From positions 54,932,001-54,996,000 of the forward strand of contig NC_087249.1 of assembly GCF_037042905.1 (NCBI RefSeq): DNA of 64,000 bases, given 5' to 3'. The translations under genes were made by a program, and so were the position numbers. Shown here one piece after another: positions 41,901 to 53,900 of the stretch (position 1 is the first letter of the stretch; every line of letters begins with the position of its first letter). This DNA comes from Lytechinus pictus (lineage: Eukaryota). The notes under the pieces are model-generated. The model was not told the DNA's origin and made no database searches. It was given only the letters and a program-made list of their open reading frames with translations.

Positions 41901-44900
41901 TACACACGTTTCAATATATTTTTTTTTATCTGCAAGAGCAGTGCGCATTTTAGCTTGCATGCAGCTTGTGCGTCGCGATGAGCGAGTGCGCCAAGCATTT
42001 TATTATGAAATTATATATTTTTTTTTGCTTGCTGATGCGTAACAAATGTGGTTACATTGAAAAACTTAGTATCAGAGTATACAGCAAGGTTCACTTTATT
42101 AACTCTATCAAAAGCAAACTCCCATCATTTGTTGTTTTAGAGATGCACACAATGAAAGGTGTGTAAAATTGTGCCATGTAACGTCAGTTACCGTGAAAAT
42201 GCCCTTATGTGAACAAATTTGCTTGTACACCACATCTGTATATTGACAGATGTAGATCTAAATGAATTCAATTTATTTTGTACCATTTGAACGATGCAAT
42301 AATAGTCCAATATTATTCAAATTACAGTACTATTGAGTATTTGCTAAATTTTTGTCCAATTCTGATGGCATATTTGTAGTTTTGCTGAAATAATCAACTT
42401 CAAATGAAATTGATTTTAGGGAAGAGCACCCATTGAAAACAATGTTTATTGTGAACTCTTTGCAATATTTGTACATGTATGTATGTGCAATATTATATGG
42501 GAGTTGTCTTTCATATACTTTCCCATATTTATATTGGTGAATCTCATTACATGTATATTTTTTTCTGTAGGGATATTAATATCAGTCTTCCTTCTTTACA
42601 TAGATGAGCCTAAATTAGTTTTAATAGCAAAAATTATAGCAATACCAATTGCTCAGGGCAGAATTATATTACTAACTGCAATGAAAGGGATACATAAACT
42701 GGAAAGGCTATTACATGTATGTAGTAATATAATGATGCTATACTTCAGAGTCCAATTTTTGTTCTCAAGGCATATAGAATAAGACTAATTAGTCAGATTG
42801 ATGAATTTGAAATGAATTCTCCCTGCTGATTAGAAAGATTAATTTTTATCTTTCCTTTGTGTTTCCGGATTATGCCTCTGGCTTTCAAGATTAATTTGTG
42901 ATTTGGAGGATAGTATGAGGTCATGTGGGTATTAATTTCCTGTTTTTCCAACAAAGAGTGAAAAACACACCCAATATTAGGATTTAATAGCCTTATTGTA
43001 TAAAAGATAACTCAAAAGGAAGGCAAAAGAGAGAGAAATGAATGCTTACATGTAGCATCAGTTTTATGATATGAATGGAAAAAACTTGGTGCCCTCATAC
43101 TGTCATATTGAAAATATAACAAGAATATTAAATGAATGTATAACCAAAATGTATTTGGATATAAAGTGTTTGTACCTTTTGGGAAAGTTGGATAATTTTA
43201 CATGTATTTCATAATCCTCAATTCCATAAAGTTGATTCAAGTTTTGATAGCTTGAATATTTTTTTTTTATTTCAAGTTTTGAGCGTGATCGGTTCATCAC
43301 GGACGGACATTCGATATATTTTGAAAATTTTGAAGGCTTGTAACAAATTAGGAATAAGATGAACAAGGTTCCTTTGTGTTTTATAGTGAAGAGTAGGACA
43401 AAGTATGCTGAATGATGAAAAAAGTTTGTTGCCATGGTTACCTACAAACATAGGTATCCACTAAATGTGCCATATCACGGACGGACATGATAGAAATGTG
43501 GTTTTCAGAATTTTTGTACATTTTTAGTATTTCTATCTAAATAGCTTAACATTGACCAATAATTGTTAATGCAACTAATACTCGGGTATGTTAGCTTCTA
43601 TGTTCAGCATATTGAATTCTTAACCAATATCAAACTTCTGAGAGAATCACAAACATTTTCCATCATGGACGGACATCTCGGATGGACATCACGGACGGAC
43701 ACAATTAAAATACATTGGAACTACCTTGTAAGAAGTTTTTATTACATTTTTGGGGAACAAATGCTATTGTATTGATGATTTGTACATTTTTTAATATGAT
43801 TAAACAGTATTAGTTGCACAATCAAGTTGCTACAATTTGATTTAAGATGTAGCAACTTGATTTCTATGCTAGACACACAGTATAATCTACACATGATTGC
43901 TTTAAACACATTTCTTGTCAAAATCAAATGTAAAGAATGTCATAATGCACATTGTCTTCTTTTCAAATTATAGAATACTGGTAGGTACCAAATCAACATC
44001 TAGTTGATCAATGATCATGTTGAATCTTGTGACAAGTATTTTATGATATATCATGATGATATATGTTAATACATTTTTAGGCATTAATTTTTCAATCTAG
44101 GTCCATAAACTAAATCCAAAAGATTCACAGGTTGCTGATCCTTATACTTGTTTGTTGGATCAAGTATGACCACAACACTTGTCAGAAGCTTTCTTCTAAT
44201 TCATCTTTTGCCCATAAAGGATATTAAAGGGGAAACATCCCATAACATCAACAACCCTCAATGTATTTAGGCCCTGACAGAATCCAGAATTGAAATTGAT
44301 AATTCATATACCAATCAAAAGCTTATTAAACTTCTAAACAATGTAGTGCAAGCTTTAGTATGCATTTTCACAGTTTACCAGATACCAAAGCAATTTGCTC
44401 AAAATTAGCTCCAAAATGGACTTTGAAAAAAGGTATTCTTGTACTTTTCTCAAGCCTAAAAACTGTGGGGTCATGTTCTGTTTAATAGAAGCATTGCGAA
44501 TCCATAGGTTTATACATGGAAAAAGTTGATGATTTTTCTGTTTATCAGATTATGCATTCTACTTTCTTCTTTTACATCGCTTTCTGCAAGCTTGTATTGA
44601 TGAAATCTACAGTATTTGACTTGTTCTTGCCATATTTTATTTCCTGCTTTTTTGGCATACATGTAGCTTTCCAACTCTATCTGCAATTCTGCATTCCAAT
44701 TATGTTTAACAATTTTTCCTGACAACAATTTAGCCCCAATAACAGCCAAACAAAGATATCACAAAAATTGTAACGAGTTGTACATGTAGGTTTCCATCCA
44801 TTTGAGTTCTGAATAATTCTCAGTGCCATTTTTCACTGCAAATTGAAACTAAAAATAAATTCGCAATCTGCTCAGCAAAATTTCTCATTTGCGTGTATGG

Positions 44901-47900
44901 ATCTTTCCACAGTATTAGCTTATATTGCTCACTTTTCCGTCCATGATGAAATTAATGTCCGTCCATGATCATTTTTTATTTGTCTCACCTGCATAGCAGA
45001 GTGAGACTATAGGCGCCGCTTTTCCGACGGCGGCGGCGGCGGCGACGGCGACGGCGGCGTCAACACCAAATCTTAACCTGAGGTTAAGTTTTTGAAATGA
45101 CAGCATAACTTAGAAAGTATATGGACCTAGTTCATGAAACTTGGCCATAAGGTTAATCAAGTATTACTGAACATACTGCCTGAGTTTCATGTCACATGAC
45201 CAAGGTCAAAGGTCATTTAGGGTCAATGAACTTAGACCATGTTGGGGGAATCAACATCAAAATCTTAACCTAAGGTTAAGTTTTTGAAATGTCATCATAA
45301 CTTAGAAAATATATGGACCTAGTTCATGAAACTTATACATAAGGTTAATCAAGTATCACTGAACATCCTGCATGAGTTTCACATCACATGACCAAGGTCA
45401 AAGGTCATTTAGGGTCAATGAACTTTGGCCGAATTGGGGGTATCTGTTGAATTACCATCATAACTTTGAAAGTTTATGGATCTGATTCATGAAACTTGGA
45501 CATAATAGTAATCAAGTATTACTGAACATCCTGTGCAAGTTTCAGGTCATATGATCAAGGTCAAAGGTCATTTAGGGTCAATGAACTTTGGCCAAATTGG
45601 GGTATTTGTTGAATTACAGCCATAAATTTGAAAGTGTGTTGGTCTAGTTCATAAAACTTGGACATAATAGTAATCAAGTATCACTGAACATCCTGTGCGA
45701 GTTTCAGGTCACATGATCAAGGTCAAAGGTCATGTAAGGTCAAAGAACTTTGGCCACGTTGGGGGTATTTGTTGAATTGCCATCATATCTCTATAAGTGT
45801 ATTGGTCTAGTTCATAAAACGTGGAAATAAGAGTAACCAAGTATCACTGAACATCTTGTGCGAGTTATAGTAGTTTTCAAAATCAGCACTGCTGCTATAT
45901 TGAATCGCGTGATGCAGGTGAGACGGCCAGAGGCATTCCACTTGTTGATTTATGATATGCATAAAATGTATGGATTTTATCTATGTTTAAATAAAATGAT
46001 GTACAGTGTCTAGTGACATACATGTACTTCTACACACTTTTATTTTTGTTTATATTCTGATAAAGAATAAAAAACTGAATCCATACATACTATCCATTCA
46101 TGAACTTCCACATTTAGTTAATATTTATTACTTTGCCATTTCTCAATTGCTTAATATGAATTATTTATTCAACTCGCTATAGGGGATCCACGCTCTACAA
46201 GCAATGCTTTTTAGTGGATCCCCTCATTTCCATATCCATACACGTTTTTTACTGTTTATACAAGCTTTTGTTATATAATTATGCTAAGGTAAAATTGATT
46301 TTATACTCGTACTTTGATTTGTATCTGTATTTGATTTATATCTGTCATGGAAATGAAATAAACTTCTTGAATCTTGAAAAAAAAAATCAATAAAAAATGA
46401 TCACGGACGGACATTAATTTCATCACGGACGGAAATTTCAAAATGGAAATGTTAACATCTACCAGAAAAATTTACTTCCCCATATTTTTTTTTCTCCTGA
46501 TTTATGTTTAATGATATATTAATGTTCAGAGTGCAAGAACATCCAAACCAAATTAGAGTAACTTTGAAAACAATAAAACTAGAGTGAATTGAATTTGAGT
46601 GAATTTACTTTGTCCGTCCGTGATCAATTGATGTCCGTCCGTGATCATTTTTTATTGAGTTTATGATATGGATAAAATGTATGGATTTCAGCTATGTTCA
46701 AATAAAATGATGTAAAGTGTTTAGTGAGATGCCTCTACACCTTTTTATTTTTTATTTCGATTCTAATAAAGAATAATAAAACTTTTCATCTTTTTTTTCA
46801 TCACGGACGGAAATTTCAAAATGGAAATGTTAACACCTACCAAAAAAAATTACTTCCCAATATTTTTTTCCACTAATTTATGTTTGATAATAGATTACTG
46901 TTCCAGAGTGCAAGAACATCCAAACCAAATAAGAGTGACTTTAATAACCATAAACCTCTAGAGTGAATTTAATTTAAGTAAAAATGTCCGTCCGTGATGA
47001 GAGGTAAGAGCACCCCCATGAATAAAATGGACTATTCCAGTACTTTCGGAGTCATCAATCTTCATGAAACTAAGTTTTTTGAAACCTGAGATATCAAATG
47101 TGACCAGCCACCCTAAAAATAACAATTAGTCGTCCAACATTAATTCTAAGATTTTTTTATTGAGTTTGAAAAAGCACATTCTAAGCCATATAAGTACATG
47201 TACTTGCTTGAATGCAGAAGAAGCTCAGCAAGAGTTTGAAGAAATAAGGGGTAAACAGTGTTTGAAGTTTGGGTTCACTGAAGCATGAGATGTGCACCAT
47301 ATGCAATCTTAATGAAACTTCCAAGCACTTAAAAACTTGTGTCAAAGAAACTCTTGTATCCTGTTTTCTACTCAACTTCACAACTTGAAGGTTTGACAGT
47401 ATGAAGAAGAAGAATAAAGCAATTTTTTGCCTTTTGAAGACCAAATTACTATTTGGGCTTTTTACAGAGAACTTTCCCTGGTGGCTGTTTCATAAAGCTG
47501 TTTGTACATATATGCAAGTTAAAGATAAATACCAGTTGTGGTAACGATCTCAAAGTGAGTTAGAATAGAATCCAATAGGATGACCACCCTATAAATAAAA
47601 AAATATTTGCCAATTGGCTCTGGAAAAAATGTGAAATTGCCGAGAAATGAGCAATATAGGCATGGAATTCCATAAAATGTGGGCTATTTTTCCAAGCAAT
47701 ATTAAAGGGATGGTCCAGGCTGGAGATATTTATATCTCAATAAATAGAGTAAAATTCACAGAGCAAAATGCTGAAAATTTGATCAAAATCGGATAACAAA
47801 AAGCAAAGTTATTTAATTTTAAAGATTTGCATTATTCCGGTGAAACAGTTCTAGGCATGTCATTATGAATATTCATTAGGTGGGCTGATGATGTCATATC

Positions 47901-50900
47901 TCCAATTGTTCTTTTGTATTTTATTATATGAAATTAGGCTTATTCAAAAATTTTCTACCAAGAACTAAAACAATTTGATTGACAACTGATTAAATGCATT
48001 AGTTATTTACTGCCGCAGCTTATTTCATCATAATGGAGAAACATCATTTACACATGCATGAAACAATGAAACATTCATGATTTCATGTAATAACATAAGA
48101 ATATGGAAAGTGGGGATGTGACATCATCAGCCCACCTAATGAATATTCATGACGATGTGCATATGACCGTTTTCACAAAATATTGATAATCTTTAAAATT
48201 CAATAACTTTGTTATTTGTTATCCGATTTTGATGAAATTTTCAGCATTTTTCTCTGTGAATCTTACTCTATTTATTTAGATATAAATATTTTCAGCCTGG
48301 ACCATCCCTTTAATACACTGTTCCACATATGCCTTTTTGTGTTATTTATTGTCAGAATTACCGGTTTTCAGCTAAGATTTCATGATTTCACAAAGATGAG
48401 TTGATTTCAATGTACCAGATCTAGGTCTATGATAATATTGTGGTAATTTACCTTGATTTTATAGGCTTCTTAAATGAAATAATTGTTTGCCAGCACAATT
48501 ACTTTCTTTTACCTTTAAGAGCGACTTTAAGAAGGACTGGTGAACCTTTCTTACGCACTAAAATAATCATCAATGAACATTTAATGGTTCTTAAAGTCAC
48601 TCTTAAAGGTCAAGTCCACCCCTGAAAAATGTTGATTGAGATAAATAGAGAAAAATCAAATTAGCAAAAGTTTCGCTTCTTTTTCACAAAACAGTGATAT
48701 GCACAACTCAGTGACATGTAAATGAGACAGTCGATGATGTCCCTGATCACTATTTCTTTTGTTTTTTATTGTTTGAATTATACAATATTTCATTTTTTAC
48801 AGATTTGGCAATAAGGACCAACTTTTTCGAACCATATACATGTAGTATTTAAAAAATGCTAATTCCACTATTTCACTTGACAATGAGGAGAAAATTAGAA
48901 TATTCCATATTTCATACCATAAAATACAAAATGAATAGTGAGTGGATGATGTCATCGGTCTCCTCATTTGCATACCGACCAGGATGTGCATAACTGTTTT
49001 GTGAAATTATGCGGAACTTTAAAATGTCATAGCTTTCTTATTTTACATCCGATTTTGATGAAATTTCCAGTGTTATGCTTGTTGGATTTTTCTCTTTTTA
49101 TTCAAATCAAATTTTTGTTGGGGTGGACTTGTCCTTTAACTTATGAACAACTTTATGAAACAGCCCCCAGTGAACTATTATTGGTTATGGCGTGGCTGGT
49201 CATGAATGTAACATTAAAAAAAACCAAAATTGGATAGTTGACCAACTGGAAGGTGTAGGACGGCTGTTACTAATCCTATGTGTGATTTCAAATTCATTTA
49301 TTTCACATTTCTTAAAAACAGGGAACAATACATAGTGAATTAATGCAATAAAATGAAAACAATGACAGTTGTAAAATTTAGACCAAAAAAAATAACAAGA
49401 AACACAAAGTAATGAATGGGATGTGAGGGAGTAACAAAAAGCCAATGGCGTATCTAGGCTACTCCCTTTTCAGGGGCCGCGGAACGGTTTTCAAAGTGGG
49501 GGGGGCTGAGCCAAAAGTTGGGGGGCTGACCATGCAAAAAATCACAATCATATGGTCATTTTTTGTTTTTGTACACGGTTTTGGAGAAAAGTTGGGGGCT
49601 GAAGCCCCCCCCCCCCCCCCCCGCTTCCGCGGCCCCTGCTTTTTACATTCATTACTGATAATAAAACAAAACAATATCTTTCAATCAACTTTTGAGATTG
49701 AAAAAAAATCAAAAACAAAGATCTCAAAATCAAACCAAATCAGTAGACTGGTGAAACGAAACAAGAACAATTAAAAGCAAAAAAAGTAAAAAACAAAACA
49801 TAGAACATAACAGGCAAGCTTATTCATTGAGTAGTATGATTATTTAACAGGTATGATTCACATTTTCTTTTAAACGAAGTTAAAGAAGGACATATAAAAT
49901 AACCGTCAAATGTTTCAGGCAACTTATTCATGTAGTATGAAAACATAAAACATGCAGTTTGGAGGGTGTGTATATCATGAATTTTTAAGATCTTTAACTT
50001 ACAGAATTTAATGTTGAAATCTATATATATTTTTTGGTCTTTATCAGCTGTTTGGCAATGGTATCCTATGCAGTACATTATCTGTTAGACCTAGCAATGC
50101 CGAGGGATATGAGTTTGCTGGTGAGGATCATTTCAGTCCTACCTGTCTGGAGAATAGTCAAGGGATTCTATTAGCTGACAGTGGTAGATTGGTCTTCAAC
50201 TCTTCTGGTCTAGCGGGCAAGAAGGAATTCTACAAGTAAGAGGGGCTACATCATATATTCTACTCAAACACCATTGTACTCAGAGCTGCCAATAAGAAAG
50301 ATTTTATCCTCTTTAGTAGGATGTTTGAGGGGAAAGTGACACTAAATAGGATTTGAAACAATGATTTTTGGTATGTTTTTCCAAATTTTAAAGAAAAATA
50401 GGATTTTATATTGAAAATAGAATAAAAGGAAATTAAGAATAGGTCTTTTTTCACAATTTAGTTTGGCAGCTGTGTTATACTTGAAAATTTTCATGTAACA
50501 TCATTATAAAATAGTAATTTTCATTCCAGCTATCAGTACTTAAATATGCAAAGCACCAAGTCTCTTTCTACAAAACTTCCTTTTTATTTGTCTCCCCTAA
50601 ATAATTAACAAGGTCTAATTACAGATCTATTTGCTTAATGTTACTACATCTAGAAATCTTTGAACCCATTGCTCCAAGATCATTTTGTGTCGGTTGGAAT
50701 TCCTCAAATATGATTTTGGAAAGCTTATGCTTTGTGTTATAATCCTTTTTATTTCATTATTTGATTATCCCCTCATTTTTGTCTCGCCTGCATAGCAGAG
50801 CGAGACTATAGGCGCCGCTTTTCCGACGGCGGCGGCGTCAACATCGAATCTTAACCTAAGGTTAAGTTTTTGAAATGACATCATAACTTAGAAAGTATAT

Positions 50901-53900
50901 GGACCTAGTTCATGAAACTTGGACATAAGGTTAATCAAGTATTAGTGAACATCCTGCCTGAGTTTCAGGTCACATGACCAAGGTCAAAGGTCATTTAGGG
51001 TCAATGAACTTTGGCCAAGTTGGGGGTAGTTGTTGTATTACCATCATAACTTTGAAAATTTATGGATTTAGTTCATGAAACTTGGACATTAGGTTAATCA
51101 AGTACCACTGAATATCCTGTGCGAGTTTCAGGTCACATGACCATGGTCAATGGTCATTTAAGGTCAATGAACTTTGGCTGTGTTGGGGGTATATGTTAAA
51201 TTATTTTTATTTCGTTATTTGATTATACTTTTGTCTCCCCTCATTTTTGTCTCGCCTGCATAGCAGAGCGAGACTATAGGCGCCGCTTTTCCGACGGCGG
51301 CGGCGGCGGCGTCAACATCAAATCTTAACCTAAGGTTAAGTTTTTGAAATGACATCATAACTTAGAAAGTATATGGACCTAGTTCATGAAACTTGGGCAT
51401 AAGGTTAATCAAGTATTAGTGAACATCCTGCTCGAGTTTCAGGTCACGTGACCAAGGTCCAAGGTCATTAGGGTCAATGAACTTTGGTCAAGTTGGGGGT
51501 ATTTGTTGAATTACTATCATAACTTTAAAAATTTATGGATCTAGTCCATGAAACTTGGACATAAGGTTAATCAAGTATTAGTGAACATCCTGCCTGAGTT
51601 TCAGGTCACATGACCAAGGTCAAAGGTCATTTAGGGTCAATGAACTTTGGCCAAGTTGGGGGTATTTGTTGAATTACCATCATAACTTTGAAAATTTATG
51701 GATTTAGTTCATGAAACTTGGACATTAGGTTAATCAAGTACCACTGAATATCTTGAGCGAGTTTCAGGTCACATGACCATGGTCAATGGTCATTTGAGGT
51801 CAATGAACTTTGGCCGTGTTGGGGGTATATGTTAAATTACCATCCTAGCTCTGAAAGTTTATGGATCTAGTTCATAAAACTTGGACATAAGAGTAATCAA
51901 GTATCACTGAACATCCTGTACGAGTTTCAGGTCACATGACCATGGTCAAAGGTCATTAAAGTTCAATGAACTTTGGCCGTGTTGGGGGTATTTGTTGAAT
52001 TACCATCCTAACTTTGAAAGTTTATGGATAGAGTGAATGAAATGTGGACATGGGTGTAGTTGACAGTCTTAAGTCTCCGTTCAAATGTCATTTATGGTCA
52101 ATGAACGTGGTATTATGTCATTATATGAATGATATTTTTGTGAATGATTATTTTATAGTAGTTTTCAAAGTTAGCACTGCTGCTATATTAAATTGCGTAA
52201 TGTAGGCGAGACTGCCAGAGGCGTTCCACTTGTTTAATTTGTATCTTCATTTTATTGATAAAATAGGAATAATTGTAGACTTCAGTTAATTGTTATTTAA
52301 TCCTTTTTAAATATTCATTTTGTTTATTATAAAAGAGACATAAAATTTATGTAATTTTGATCAGATTTGTAAATTGCTAAAATGAGACTATGGTCCATGT
52401 TGCGTCAAAGATACATGTACTATTATGGCATGCTTTTGCATCCATTGATAACTAATGGTAACAATGCTCAACAGCCAATCAAAATCAAGGATACTAGTAA
52501 CAATTAGTAATAAGTAACATTCATGAAACAGGGTCTTGATGTGTCCTGTAGTGCATTGTATGTTTATACAGTACCGTTTCTGTATCTTTTCAGTGCTCTT
52601 CTTGACACCCCCGGTGTAGACCCCAAACTGTTGAAAGAAGACTGGGTCTATAATCATTACAAGTGGATCATCTGGAAAGCAGCTGCCATGGAAGTAGCTT
52701 ATCCTCTTCAGTTTGGTGGGAGGTAAGAATTCAGGCTACCTGCCTTACTCAATATTGATGTTATCAACTGATTGCAAGCTGTGGTCCATGGCTAACCATT
52801 TTCTACTCTTCTTCTTTTCTGTCATTTTTATGCCGCTGCCAAAAATATTTTAAAGGGGCTATAATCACCGTAATGTCGGTTGGGCGGGTGGTCCGTTGCA
52901 AATCTTGAGGTTCAAACTACTTCCTCAGTTTTTATCCGATTCTCATGAAGCTTGGAACACACTTGGGGTAAAGTTGTGTGAGACACATTTTTTGCATACA
53001 TGTGTCAGAAACTGTGTTGCCATGGTAATGGTATAGGGCTAGGGTATTAATCACCTTAGGTGATATTTATAGACAAATTCACCCATATCTGATTATTCAA
53101 ATTGTGGCCAAATGAACCTTAACAATAATAATAGGTGGGAAGCACAAATGAAAGTCTTAAAAGTTGTTGGCACTGACCAAATTTATTAGCTCTGAAAATC
53201 TCAGTGAATCCCTTTGATTTGATTGGCTGAGCACCACTTGTCCCTTCCTGTTACCATGGTAATTTTCAGTGCCTACAGACTTCATAAAAAGGGTGACAAA
53301 GGGAGAATACTTTGATTTGCTGTGACACAGAGGTGTCTGACTGTTGTTATGGTAACTGTCATATAAACAGACTTTCTAATAAGTCATCTGGAAAATCCTT
53401 TCATGAAACACTGCTGGGGTTGAATATACCAGATTAAGCATTTTTAGGTTGAATCATATATGTTAGAACTCTGATTTTAATATATTTTTCTCCTTTTTAT
53501 ATGCTTTTCTTCTTTTATTACAGACTATTGACACCAAATTGGGTGCTTCTTCAGTTAAAGTATCGGTATGATAGAGAGATAGATCACAGTCAACGCCCTG
53601 CTCTTAGGAAGATCTTAGAACGAGACGATGCAGCATCCAGGAGAATAGTCCTCTGTGTAGCAGCTATTAATCACACGGGATCATCAACACATCATCATGG
53701 GAAATCACCACAACAATTAAAGGTGATTCTAATGATTGGTTCACATGGATGCCACAGCCACTTAGAACAGTGTCATCTCAAAAACCTGTCCTGTTTCATA
53801 CAGACTTGTTATTATAAGAAATATTCAATTGCTGTTACAAATTTTATATCAAGCAATCAGATTGAAGGATTTCATTAGCATTTAACTATTATTGCAATTT

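Noticed and set aside
40400-42200. Element defined by recurring gtaacgtcagttacc motifs
   Set aside because: Probably an old transposon remnant, but I could not define termini or a TSD.
27653-50047. Nested protein-coding gene in the two large introns (9.3 and 13 kb)
   Set aside because: Only short, compositionally biased ORFs within repeats; no recognisable domain or exon chain.
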